Positions 1-9,391 of a stretch of 64,000 nucleotides of DNA are shown piece after piece. Position 1 is the stretch's first letter, and each line of letters starts with the position of its first letter. The notes below the pieces were generated by a model. The model was not told the DNA's origin, made no database searches, and saw only the letters and a program-made list of their open reading frames with translations. Position numbers and translations under genes: made by a program. The DNA comes from a phage: the sequence record PZ296772.1; one strand, 5' to 3'.

Positions 1-2
1 AT

Positions 3-839
3 ATGCCGTCTGAAATCTATACTAATCTGCCGCGAGCACTTATTAAAGCGTGTAAAGGTTATGGAAAATCAATGGCTGACGGAATATTCAGCGCGCTGAA
101 TAAACTTAACGTTCTGTCGATGATTAACTCTAACAACATCCTGCGTAATCTAGGACGTACTGATTTGTTCGGTCGTGAACAGTGTAAAATGCCTTTGAAA
201 TGGATTGTTGCCCATCTTAACGAGAACCAAACACGTTTTATGGCTGTAACAGCACGTTTACAAATGGGCCTAGATCGTCAGATGAACTTTAAAACTCATC
301 CACGTTATTCAGGTTCAACAAACTTTTATAAATGTGAGCTTCAAAAGGTTGGTGGCAAAACTGTCTTAGTAGTTCGTGTAACGTTTGAAGGACGTCGTCA
401 AGGATATTTTGACATAATCGGCTCTGGACTTAAACATTGTGGATTTATCGACGAAGTTGATATCAAGCGAGACGGCATTGGATACCGTATTGGGTATGTT
501 TGTACTCTTAAAGAAGAGATTTCAGGACCAGCACCAGGACTAAAAGACGTTAGATATAAAGACGAGCTCGTTGAAGAAATAAAAGAAGTTGAATATGATA
601 TCAACCAAGAAGATGCTCTTAAAGACCTTATTGATGAACTGAACCAAGACGTTATTCCGGTTCAGAAATTTGAATCAAAACATGCTGAGCAAATCAAATA
701 CTTTGAAGCTTTGATTAACGAACTTAATGTAACTATTCAACAGACTGATGATGAAATCTCACGATTAGCGGGCTTAAACGGTAAAAATAAAACAGAACGA
801 GCTAATCTTATTCAAGTAGTAAAACTTCTTAAGGAATGA
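3..839 (+). CDS. hypothetical early protein with C-terminal coiled-coil; true N-terminus may lie outside window
   Basis: 278-aa ORF from window edge; heptad-rich acidic C-terminus; no recognisable catalytic motif. Confidence 0.45.
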   Translation: MPSEIYTNLPRALIKACKGYGKSMADGIFSALNKLNVLSMINSNNILRNLGRTDLFGREQCKMPLKWIVAHLNENQTRFMAVTARLQMGLDRQMNFKTHPRYSGSTNFYKCELQKVGGKTVLVVRVTFEGRRQGYFDIIGSGLKHCGFIDEVDIKRDGIGYRIGYVCTLKEEISGPAPGLKDVRYKDELVEEIKEVEYDINQEDALKDLIDELNQDVIPVQKFESKHAEQIKYFEALINELNVTIQQTDDEISRLAGLNGKNKTERANLIQVVKLLKE

Positions 840-868
840 TGTACAACCAAGGATGGTTGGAGTATAAT
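840..868 (+). promoter_or_regulatory. sigma70-type early promoter
   Basis: tgtaca -35, 17-bp spacer caaccaaggatggttgg, tataat -10; 27 bp upstream of ORF 895. Confidence 0.6.
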
Positions 869-894
869 AAATTTTTCAACATGAGGAATATAAA

Positions 895-1854
895 ATGGCT
901 TTTATTACACGTAGAGAACTTATCAAAGAATTTACCTCGAACGCATATACTCCAGGACCTAATCCTATCCGTATGCCTGTAAAGACTCCTGAAGAGATTG
1001 AGGAAATCTGTTCATATTATGGGATTAATTCTCGTATGTTTACTCAATTTGAATGCGTTACTAACACACCCGTTAAAGAGTTCATTAAAAATGGTGAGTT
1101 CAGCCGTTTATTAGCCAAACAGAAACTTCGTAATTTTTGTATCGGCGGCTGCGGACAATATTTTGCTAAACAGTTCCGAAATAACCTTAACAATCTGATG
1201 GCCATTGCTTCTCGTATTCGTCCTCAAGCAATTAACATGAAACATTTGAAATATACTTACGATAAGTTAGAAATCATGGTTATCAGTGAGAATGAGTTCA
1301 CTCTTACATATAAACCTAAGAATGATAACGTTGCTCGTGTATTCCACCAAGCGCTAGAAGTGTTAGGCGATAATATCCATGAGATTAAAGCAATTTATTC
1401 TCGTGAGCTTAATATTATCGACCCTATCAAGAATAAGGGCCATATCGCTATCCAGGCTCGTGTATCTATTGGTAAAAAGGTTCCTGCGCCATGGTGGCAC
1501 AAAGACTCTGAATACTATCAAAATCTTAAAAAGGAAAATGCATTGTTTGAAGGCAATATTACAGCAACACCAGTCGGTAATGCAGAGGTTCTAGGCGCAT
1601 ATTCTCCAGCACAATCTGGTATGTTTAAAGGTTTGCCAAATGTGTGCAAACTGTCGGCAGTAAAACTAAATGTTTCTAATGACCTTCTTCCGGCAGAAGA
1701 TTATCATTACAACCAAATCAAGGCTACTGTAGACCAACTGTCCGTTGAACTTGACAAAGCACAAGCTAAGCTTCGTGATGCTCAAAGTGTTGTAACGAAT
1801 CTCCAGTTGCAGTATTCTAAACTTTTTAATGCAATGAATGCATTAAAATCATAA
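895..1854 (+). CDS. hypothetical early protein with C-terminal coiled-coil
   Basis: 319-aa ORF, own promoter and RBS, C-terminal heptad repeats. Confidence 0.55.
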   Translation: MAFITRRELIKEFTSNAYTPGPNPIRMPVKTPEEIEEICSYYGINSRMFTQFECVTNTPVKEFIKNGEFSRLLAKQKLRNFCIGGCGQYFAKQFRNNLNNLMAIASRIRPQAINMKHLKYTYDKLEIMVISENEFTLTYKPKNDNVARVFHQALEVLGDNIHEIKAIYSRELNIIDPIKNKGHIAIQARVSIGKKVPAPWWHKDSEYYQNLKKENALFEGNITATPVGNAEVLGAYSPAQSGMFKGLPNVCKLSAVKLNVSNDLLPAEDYHYNQIKATVDQLSVELDKAQAKLRDAQSVVTNLQLQYSKLFNAMNALKS

Positions 1855-1858
1855 AACG

Positions 1859-1888
1859 GTTTACAACCAAGGATGGTTGGAATATAAT
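1859..1888 (+). promoter_or_regulatory. sigma70-type early promoter
   Basis: gtttaca -35, same spacer ccaaggatggttgg, tataat -10. Confidence 0.6.
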
Positions 1889-1916
1889 GAATCTATCTTA
1901 ACGAGAGGAAAATATT

Positions 1917-2867
1917 ATGACACGTTCACATTACATTGAATACTTTGCCGGGCTTATCGCTAACGTTCATGCCCAGCGCGCTTCTGGTGCACTAGGATTT
2001 GATGTTCCACACCGAGATGTAGTAAGTGGTATTCTTCGTGATTTTGGTACATACACAGGTCAAGAAAATCATATCTGTAAAGATACTCAAAATGCATATT
2101 CTCATTCATTAGGGACACTGCTTCAATGGTTCAAACGTTCTCGTTTATTATCTTCTACTGTAGCTCGTGATAACATCAAAAACTTTATGAAGCCGAGCTT
2201 TATTAAATCTGTGACATCTAAAACCGATTTGGTTGAATTCACTATTGTTAATGATGTTAAAAAGACTCATTTGGCTGATTGGTTATCTACCATTCCTGAA
2301 ACTAAATTTGCTGATAAATTTGCTTGTGAATTCAATAACCAAGTGAATATGCTTTTTAAACATTCTCGTAAATTATTCACGGGCGGTGATGGTCGTACAA
2401 ATAAAGTTCATGTTAAAGATTGGGTTACTGCAGTATTCAAACCAACCGGTAATGGTAACGCATCATTATCAATTGATATCCAGGTTCCTTATTACTACTC
2501 ACGTAATCTCGGTACCATGAAAGCTGAAGAAATTAATAAGCATAACAAAACCGTTCGTTCGTTGTCTTATAAACTTATTACATTGTTAGAGACTATGGAT
2601 GTTGTTGAAACGTTCGACGAGTCCGAAGATAACGGTTCAATGTTATACAGTTCTCGCACCCGAATTAAGCTGAGGAACCCTAACGAGTATAAACTTAAGA
2701 CTATTAAAGAACCTAAAGTAGAAAAAGTTGACAACTTGAGCGAAGAACGTGAGTACCTCAAATCTCGTCTGAAAGAAGTCGAAGCCCAGATTAAAGAACA
2801 GACTAAATCGTTAAAAGCTCTGAATGCGAAAGCGGATGGTTTACGAAATGCCATTGAGGTGTTATAA
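1917..2867 (+). CDS. hypothetical early protein with C-terminal coiled-coil
   Basis: 316-aa ORF, RBS gagagg upstream, coiled-coil C-terminus. Confidence 0.55.
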   Translation: MTRSHYIEYFAGLIANVHAQRASGALGFDVPHRDVVSGILRDFGTYTGQENHICKDTQNAYSHSLGTLLQWFKRSRLLSSTVARDNIKNFMKPSFIKSVTSKTDLVEFTIVNDVKKTHLADWLSTIPETKFADKFACEFNNQVNMLFKHSRKLFTGGDGRTNKVHVKDWVTAVFKPTGNGNASLSIDIQVPYYYSRNLGTMKAEEINKHNKTVRSLSYKLITLLETMDVVETFDESEDNGSMLYSSRTRIKLRNPNEYKLKTIKEPKVEKVDNLSEEREYLKSRLKEVEAQIKEQTKSLKALNAKADGLRNAIEVL

Positions 2868-3172
2868 TGAATCTACGTCTTCTAGAGGATATTGATATGA
2901 GCACTAATCATGGCTTAGTTAAGTTTATTGATGATAGTTCAAAGATTGAATTTGTTCAGCGAGATAAAATCCTCGGTGAAGAAGAGTTCGTTCCTCCGGC
3001 ATGGAACGAAATAATGAAAATGGTTGAACGACGTGAAAATGCTGCCAAATCGGCAGCAAAACATCCATGCCCAGAATGTGGAACTATCCAGGTCCAACTG
3101 GTTAACTGGACCACTGATAACTTGAAATTGAAATGCCGTAAATGCTTCCACAAATTTGAGAGAACAATATAA
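2867..3172 (+). CDS. small zinc-ribbon protein
   Basis: 101 aa; CPECG...CRKC four-Cys ribbon at C-terminus; start overlaps upstream stop. Confidence 0.5.
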   Translation: MNLRLLEDIDMSTNHGLVKFIDDSSKIEFVQRDKILGEEEFVPPAWNEIMKMVERRENAAKSAAKHPCPECGTIQVQLVNWTTDNLKLKCRKCFHKFERTI

Positions 3173-3585
3173 TGAGATATAGCCTTCGTTGTTTTATCGC
3201 AGCTTTAGTTTTTGCCATTATTCCATTCATTTGGAACAGCCAGAATACTTACATGGAAACTAAAGTAATTCCTGTGGAGGTAGTGGAATTAATCTCAGGC
3301 CAATCTACAGGAAAATATTCTAAATTAGAATTTATTGCAGTCTATAAAGATGAGCAAGGACGAGTTTTTGACAGGCATGTATCACCATCGTTTTATACGC
3401 TTCTGAATAAAGGTGATACGATAGCTATAGAAATTCGTGAGATGGATATTCAGCAAAATACTCGAGATAACATCATTTGGTTCTTTGGTACAGTGCTGAT
3501 GTTTTCTATCGGTATCACAGGTTTTATTACATGTATTGTATTTGGCATTGCATATTTAATCGATGAAAGGAAAAATAATGTTTAA
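3172..3585 (+). CDS. hypothetical membrane protein
   Basis: 137 aa; hydrophobic N-terminal and C-terminal segments. Confidence 0.5.
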   Translation: MRYSLRCFIAALVFAIIPFIWNSQNTYMETKVIPVEVVELISGQSTGKYSKLEFIAVYKDEQGRVFDRHVSPSFYTLLNKGDTIAIEIREMDIQQNTRDNIIWFFGTVLMFSIGITGFITCIVFGIAYLIDERKNNV

Positions 3586-3841
3586 AGTGTACGGGTATGA
3601 CTCTACTATTCATAAATGCATTTATTGTGATAATGCGAAACGATTGCTGACTGTTAAGAAACAGCCATTCGAATTCATTAATGTTATGCCAGAAAAAGGT
3701 GTGTTCGATGATGAGAAAATTGCTGAGCTTCTGGTTAAGCTTGGACGTGAATCACAAGTCGGATTGACTATGCCACAGATATTTGCTCCTGATGGAAGTC
3801 ATATTGGTGGATTTGACCAACTGCGAGAATATTTTAAATGA
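3578..3841 (+). CDS. nrdC: thioredoxin/glutaredoxin NrdC
   Basis: MFKVYGYDS...KCIYCDNAK CxxC motif; near-identical to T4 NrdC from memory; RBS aagga before ATG 3578. Confidence 0.9.
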   Translation: MFKVYGYDSTIHKCIYCDNAKRLLTVKKQPFEFINVMPEKGVFDDEKIAELLVKLGRESQVGLTMPQIFAPDGSHIGGFDQLREYFK

Positions 3842-4134
3842 GTATTGATTTAACTTTCCCGGGCTCTTATGACCAGGGTAAATTAGAAGCTTTGTTATAT
3901 CAAGAAATGTGTTCTCGTGCTAAGAACGATATCCAATATGCTATCGATAATCCATGGGGTGAATTTCGTATATTAATGGGTAATCGAATCATAGGTGTTC
4001 AATGGCGATTCGTTGGTCTTGAACCTGAAGACTACGAAGAAAACGAGCACGGTGACTGGATTCCTGTTGGTGAATATCACTGGGAATACGGTGGTCCTGA
4101 TTTCGAAGTTTCCTGTGCCTGGGTAGAACAATAA
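3838..4134 (+). CDS. hypothetical protein
   Basis: 98-aa ORF translationally coupled to nrdC. Confidence 0.5.
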   Translation: MSIDLTFPGSYDQGKLEALLYQEMCSRAKNDIQYAIDNPWGEFRILMGNRIIGVQWRFVGLEPEDYEENEHGDWIPVGEYHWEYGGPDFEVSCAWVEQ

Positions 4135-4152
4135 ACTGCGAGAATATTTTAA

Positions 4153-4509
4153 ATGACATATTCATTAAATCTTAAAGATTTCCAAGATGCATACGAAGTT
4201 TGTGTATCAGAGCTTGGTCCTGAATCTCCATCTATTATTGAAGTTTTAAATGTGCTCCCTTCATCATTAGCGTATGAAGCCAAATCATGGGGATGGAATG
4301 ATACTATTGTTCGTGATGACTTGTATGTCCTGATGAATGACATGATGGTTAAAAAGGCAGAACCGGTTGCACCAATGGTTACCATTACCGTTGAAGAATA
4401 TAATCGCCTGCAAGCCATTGAAGAGCTTCTGTGGAACATTGAATGTGACCTGCCGTCAGGGCTAGAATCCTGGATTGATTATGAAGAGCTCAATAAACTC
4501 CGGGGTTAA
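4153..4509 (+). CDS. hypothetical protein
   Basis: 118-aa acidic ORF. Confidence 0.5.
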   Translation: MTYSLNLKDFQDAYEVCVSELGPESPSIIEVLNVLPSSLAYEAKSWGWNDTIVRDDLYVLMNDMMVKKAEPVAPMVTITVEEYNRLQAIEELLWNIECDLPSGLESWIDYEELNKLRG

Positions 4510-4637
4510 ACCGTGGTATTCTGCTCGATGGGAGACTGTCGAGCCAGACGTCGAAACGGTTTACAACGACGAAGAACCATGTTATGATGAACCTTCAATA
4601 AATGAATTAATTGATATGGAAATGGGAAGAGATTATT

Positions 4638-4808
4638 ATGCAAGTTAAATTATTGTACCGTTTATTAAAAAACGGCAAGCATGATTGGTATTTGCTTATT
4701 AAAACCGATCCGAATTTTTTCTCTGGACAACCATTTACAGTTCGTCCTACTAAACGTCAGCTTCGCAAAGCTAAACGTTCTCATCGTAACTTTTATAGAG
4801 AATATTGA
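4638..4808 (+). CDS. small basic protein with VRPTKRQ C-terminal motif
   Basis: 56 aa from ATG 4638 with ggaaga RBS; basic tail TVRPTKRQLRKAKR. Confidence 0.4.
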   Translation: MQVKLLYRLLKNGKHDWYLLIKTDPNFFSGQPFTVRPTKRQLRKAKRSHRNFYREY

Positions 4809-4809
4809 T

Positions 4810-5223
4810 ATGAATATTTCTGAAACTCGCGGTAAATGGTTCAAGATTGTTAAAGAAGACGAAGAACTACAAGACAAGTTTCCTGAATTAAAGAAAGGAA
4901 CAATCCTCAAGGTAATTGGTACTACTACCGAAGATGGTTATGGCGACCATGGCATTATCGAAGTGATGTTGAACACAGGTGAGAAACTTTGCATCTATGA
5001 CCGTGATACTTCTCTTTGGTGCTTCTGGGAATCCCATTCAATAGATGAACTCGAAGAAATTGACCAAGTAGTTTGTGATGGTGGACTTGGCGAATTCGAA
5101 GGTGAACGTATTTCTTATGCTTTAGCTAAATTAGCTGGTCAAGAAAATAATGACGGTTATGAAGGTAATCTGATGCAAGCCGCAGCGGAATACATTGAAT
5201 ATTTAGAAAGACGTTTAAGTTAA
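4810..5223 (+). CDS. hypothetical acidic protein
   Basis: 137 aa from ATG 4810 overlapping upstream stop. Confidence 0.5.
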   Translation: MNISETRGKWFKIVKEDEELQDKFPELKKGTILKVIGTTTEDGYGDHGIIEVMLNTGEKLCIYDRDTSLWCFWESHSIDELEEIDQVVCDGGLGEFEGERISYALAKLAGQENNDGYEGNLMQAAAEYIEYLERRLS

Positions 5224-5228
5224 TAAAT

Positions 5229-5253
5229 ACCCTTATCTATTTAAGGTAAGGGT
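5229..5253 (+). promoter_or_regulatory. stem-loop sequestering the gene 49 ribosome-binding site
   Basis: accctta / taagggt 7-bp inverted repeat ending 6 nt before ATG 5259; second arm contains the aaggg SD. Confidence 0.5.
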
Positions 5254-5258
5254 TTATC

Positions 5259-5732
5259 ATGTTATTATCAGGCGCAAAATATAAAGAAGAAAAACAAAAA
5301 TTTTATGATGCACAGAATGGTAAGTGTCCTATTTGCCACCGTGAATTAGACCCTGATGTTCAAGGTAACCATCTTGACCACGACCATGAATTAAACGGGC
5401 CAAAAGCTGGTAAGGTTCGTGGTTTACTATGTAACCTGTGCAATGCAGCAGAAGGTCAAATGAAGCATAAGTTCAACCGTTCTGGTCTTAAAGGTCAAAA
5501 CGTTGATTACCTCGAATGGCTTGAAGCTCTTCTTGCTTATTTGAAACAAGATTATTCTGATAATAATATCCATCCTAATTTTGTTCCAGACAAAACTAAA
5601 GAGTTCTCAAGACTAGGTAAAGAGGAAATGATGACTGAGATGCTTCAAAGAGGATTTGAATATAATGAATCTGATACTAAAACACAATTAATAGCTTCAT
5701 TCAAAAAGCAGCTTAGAAAGAGTTTAAAATGA
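5259..5732 (+). CDS. 49: endonuclease VII (Holliday junction resolvase)
   Basis: 157 aa; CPICH...CNLC zinc cluster and HLDHDH motif matching T4 gp49 from memory. Confidence 0.9.
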   Translation: MLLSGAKYKEEKQKFYDAQNGKCPICHRELDPDVQGNHLDHDHELNGPKAGKVRGLLCNLCNAAEGQMKHKFNRSGLKGQNVDYLEWLEALLAYLKQDYSDNNIHPNFVPDKTKEFSRLGKEEMMTEMLQRGFEYNESDTKTQLIASFKKQLRKSLK

Positions 5733-6271
5733 CGATTGAAAAAGAAATTGAAGGACTAATTCATAAAACTAATAAAGACCTTTTAAACGAGAATGCTAAT
5801 AAAGATTCTCGTGTTTTTCCAACTCAACGGGACCTTATGGCTGGTATTGTGTCTAAACACATTGCCAAAAATATGGTCCCGTCTTTTATTATGAAAGCGC
5901 ATGAAAGCGGAATTATCCATTTCCACGATATTGATTATTCCCCTGCTCTTCCATTTACTAATTGCTGTTTAGTAGATTTAAAAGGAATGCTTGAGAACGG
6001 ATTTAAGCTCGGTAATGCACAGATTGAAACTCCTAAATCAATCGGCGTTGCTACTGCAATTATGGCGCAAATTACTGCACAGGTTGCTTCCCACCAATAT
6101 GGCGGAACGACTTTTGCGAATGTAGATAAAGTACTTTCTCCTTATGTTAAACGCACCTATGCAAAACATATTGAGGATGCAGAAAAATGGCAAATCGCTG
6201 ATGCGTTGAATTATGCTCAATCTAAAACAGAAAAAGATGTATATGACGCGTTTCAGGCGTATGAGTTAATT
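5729..6271 (+). CDS. nrdD: anaerobic ribonucleotide reductase NrdD, exon 1 (3' boundary approximate)
   Basis: 181-aa N-terminal part; reading frame resumes about 1 kb downstream in another frame. Confidence 0.8.
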
Positions 6272-6477
6272 TAATTCAGGCTCATGTAAAACCGGTCTAA
6301 ACGGGGAACCTCTCTAGTAGACAATCCCGTGCTAAATGTTCTTTTGAACTAAATGCCTAACGACTAACCGTGATGAATGTAGCGGTGTAGAATAGAAGCT
6401 AATGCTATTCGAAACGGCCGGCATCGAAAGATGAAGATATAGTCTAATCTGCATGGCGACATGCAGCAGTCATCTTG

Positions 6478-6485
6478 TATAAATA
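6478..6485 (+). promoter_or_regulatory. T4-type late promoter TATAAATA inside intron
   Basis: exact tataaata 30 bp upstream of endonuclease ORF, preceded by ctgcat/atgcag hairpin. Confidence 0.55.
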
Positions 6486-6514
6486 AGATTATCTTATGAA
6501 TACGAGGTGAAACA

Positions 6515-7285
6515 ATGAAATGGATAAAAAGACGTTGTACTAAAATAAAAGATAAAGACGCATTTACATACTTAGTTAAGTTTTCTAATGGCGACATTTA
6601 TATCGGTTATAAAAAATTTAGAACAATTAAAAACAAGCCCACAAACTGGAAAACTTACACAACGTCATCTAAGTATATAAATGAACGCTTAAAAACTGAT
6701 ACACCTACTAAATGGATAATTTTAAAAACATTTGATAGTTATAAAGATGCATTAAAACATGAAGAAGAGGTCATACGTAAATATTTTTATAGCAAAAAAT
6801 GTTTAAATAAATCCATAGGCGGTAAAAAGTTTTATAAGCATCCGGATACTGAAGAACATATTCAAAAATTAAGAGATGCTCATAAGGGTAAAGTGTTATC
6901 CGAATCTCATAAAAACAATATAAAATCTTCTGTGGCTGAATATTATGCTAAAAACAGAAGATCTAAGGAACATGTGCAAAATAATATCAATAGTCGAAAA
7001 AGTAAAAAACAAGTATCGATAAAGCTTAAAAATAAAACTTTTAGAAGTTTTAAAAAAGCAGCGGAATATTTAAATTGCACTGAAAGTGAAGTCGAAACTC
7101 ATCCTCTTGTTTTGAGTATTAAGACTACTATTCATAAAGTTCCTGAATATGTGGTTGTTGACGGTATTAAGTATACGTCTTATATAGAAGCAGCTAAAGC
7201 GCTAAATTTTCATCCTAGCACTATAAAAGAACGTTGCATATCTATGGACTATCCAAATTTTGTTGTTTCATATAAACGGGCATGA
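6515..7285 (+). CDS. GIY-YIG homing endonuclease, I-TevII-like
   Basis: 256 aa; N-terminal FTYLVKF...DIYIGYKK GIY-YIG motif; lysine-rich DNA-binding C-terminus; lies wholly inside the intron. Confidence 0.8.
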   Translation: MKWIKRRCTKIKDKDAFTYLVKFSNGDIYIGYKKFRTIKNKPTNWKTYTTSSKYINERLKTDTPTKWIILKTFDSYKDALKHEEEVIRKYFYSKKCLNKSIGGKKFYKHPDTEEHIQKLRDAHKGKVLSESHKNNIKSSVAEYYAKNRRSKEHVQNNINSRKSKKQVSIKLKNKTFRSFKKAAEYLNCTESEVETHPLVLSIKTTIHKVPEYVVVDGIKYTSYIEAAKALNFHPSTIKERCISMDYPNFVVSYKRA

Positions 7286-7292
7286 ATTTGCG

Positions 7293-8591
7293 ACTCATGC
7301 TGAATATAATGATGAAGTAAATACACTTTTCAGCTCTAATGGTCAAACGCCTTTTGTAACAATTACATTTGGTACGGGAACTGACTGGACTGAACGAATG
7401 ATTCAGAAAGCAATTCTGAAAAATCGTATTAAAGGTCTTGGTCGTGATGGGATAACTCCTATTTTCCCTAAGCTTGTTATGTTCGTTGAAGAAGGTGTTA
7501 ATCTTTATAAAGATGATCCGAACTATGATATTAAGCAGCTTGCTTTAGAGTGTGCAAGCAAAAGGATGTATCCTGATATTATTTCAGCTAAGAACAATAA
7601 AGCTATCACTGGTTCATCTGTTCCTGTTTCTCCAATGGGTTGCCGTAGTTTCTTGAGCGTATGGAAAGATTCGACTGGTAATGAAATTCTTGATGGACGT
7701 AATAATCTTGGTGTTGTAACACTGAATCTTCCTCGCATCGCGTTAGATTCTTATATTGGAACACAGTTCAATGAACAGAAATTTATCGAATTGTTCAATG
7801 AACGAATGGATTTATGTTTTGAAGCTTTGATGTGTAGAATTAGTTCCTTAAAAGGAATTAAAGCTACTGTTGCTCCTATTCTTTACCAAGAAGGTGCATT
7901 CGGGGTTCGTCTTAAACCCGATGACGATATAATTGAGTTATTTAAAAACGGTAGAAGTTCAGTGTCTTTAGGATACATTGGTATTCACGAATTGAATATT
8001 CTTATCGGTCGTGATATTGGACAAGAAATTTTAACTAAAATGAATGCTCATCTTAAACAGTGGACTGAAAGAACTGGGTTTGCTTTTAGTTTGTATTCTA
8101 CTCCTGCTGAAAACCTTTGCTATCGCTTCTGTAAACTTGATACAGAAAAATATGGAAGTGTAAAGGATGTTACTGATAAAGGTTGGTACACTAACAGTTT
8201 CCATGTTTCAGTAGAAGAAAATGTTACTCCGTTTGAAAAGATTTCTCGTGAAGCGCCATATCATTTCATTGCGACAGGTGGTCACATTTCTTATGTTGAA
8301 CTTCCTGATATGAAAAATAACTTAAAAGGTCTTGAGGCTGTATGGGATTATGCCGCACAACATTTAGATTATTTTGGTGTTAATATGCCAGTAGATAAAT
8401 GTTTTACATGTGGAAGTACCCATGAAATGACTCCTACTGAAAACGGATTTGTTTGTTCTATTTGCGGAGAAACTGATCCTAAAAAGATGAATACCATAAG
8501 AAGAACATGTGGTTATTTGGGAAATCCGAACGAACGCGGATTTAATCTCGGTAAAAATAAAGAAATCATGCATAGGGTTAAACACCAATGA
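7293..8591 (+). CDS. nrdD: anaerobic ribonucleotide reductase NrdD, exon 2 (5' boundary approximate)
   Basis: C-terminal CxxC...CxxC zinc site and glycyl-radical motif RRTCGYLG. Confidence 0.85.
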   Translation, partial: THAEYNDEVNTLFSSNGQTPFVTITFGTGTDWTERMIQKAILKNRIKGLGRDGITPIFPKLVMFVEEGVNLYKDDPNYDIKQLALECASKRMYPDIISAKNNKAITGSSVPVSPMGCRSFLSVWKDSTGNEILDGRNNLGVVTLNLPRIALDSYIGTQFNEQKFIELFNERMDLCFEALMCRISSLKGIKATVAPILYQEGAFGVRLKPDDDIIELFKNGRSSVSLGYIGIHELNILIGRDIGQEILTKMNAHLKQWTERTGFAFSLYSTPAENLCYRFCKLDTEKYGSVKDVTDKGWYTNSFHVSVEENVTPFEKISREAPYHFIATGGHISYVELPDMKNNLKGLEAVWDYAAQHLDYFGVNMPVDKCFTCGSTHEMTPTENGFVCSICGETDPKKMNTIRRTCGYLGNPNERGFNLGKNKEIMHRVKHQ

Positions 8592-9058
8592 ATTATGATA
8601 GATTTTATCCCTGTGATTTTGTGAATGGCCCTGGATGCAGGGTCGTTCTTTTCGTCACAGGTTGTTTGCATAAATGCGAAGGGTGTTATAATAAATCAAC
8701 ATGGAATGCTAGAAATGGTATTCCATTCACTGGTGAAACACTGGAACAATTAATTGAATGTTTGAATAATGATTATACAGAAGGATTAACTATAACTGGG
8801 GGAGACCCTCTTTATCCTGATAACAGAGATGTGATTCATTGCATTGTTCAAACAGTAAAAAATCTTTATCCCAGTAAAAGCATTTGGTTGTGGACAGGAT
8901 ATAAGTTTGAAGATATTAAACAACTAGAAATGCTTAAATATGTTGATGTTATTATTGATGGGAAGTATGAGAAAAATCTTCCGACCAAAAAGCTGTGGCG
9001 AGGATCAGATAATCAGCGACTTTGGTCAAATACCGATGGGGTGTGGAAACATGATTAA
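8588..9058 (+). CDS. nrdG: anaerobic RNR activating enzyme NrdG (radical SAM)
   Basis: 156 aa; CLHKCEGC radical-SAM cysteine triad; start overlaps nrdD stop. Confidence 0.9.
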   Translation: MNYDRFYPCDFVNGPGCRVVLFVTGCLHKCEGCYNKSTWNARNGIPFTGETLEQLIECLNNDYTEGLTITGGDPLYPDNRDVIHCIVQTVKNLYPSKSIWLWTGYKFEDIKQLEMLKYVDVIIDGKYEKNLPTKKLWRGSDNQRLWSNTDGVWKHD

Positions 9059-9173
9059 ATTGAATTACATTATGGATACTATAAATGATATGATTTTTCA
9101 TTTTGGTCCAGAATTTTATTCCCAATATAGTTTAGTGCTTATCAATGCTTGGTTAATTAATTAAGGATAAAAT

Positions 9174-9389
9174 ATGTATAAATTTCGTAAAGGTTTAGCT
9201 GATTTTCTTACAACTGTAACATTCTTTCTGTTTATGGCAGTTGGAGCTATTTTTCTTATTCCTTTTACTGGTGTATTTTTCGTGATTAGTTTAATTTCTC
9301 CAGAAAAGGGCTTATCTTCTAATGAGTTCAATGAGCGTCTGGATAAAATTACTAACAAACTGAATTCTGTTCTTGATAAAAAGGCTTAA
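9174..9389 (+). CDS. hypothetical membrane protein
   Basis: 71 aa with long hydrophobic helix. Confidence 0.5.
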   Translation: MYKFRKGLADFLTTVTFFLFMAVGAIFLIPFTGVFFVISLISPEKGLSSNEFNERLDKITNKLNSVLDKKA

Positions 9390-9391
9390 TT

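Larger units (their letters stand above)
6272..7292 (+). mobile_element. group I intron in nrdD (boundaries approximate)
   Basis: about 1-kb interruption of nrdD containing a free-standing GIY-YIG ORF; matches the known T4 nrdD (sunY) intron arrangement. Confidence 0.7.
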
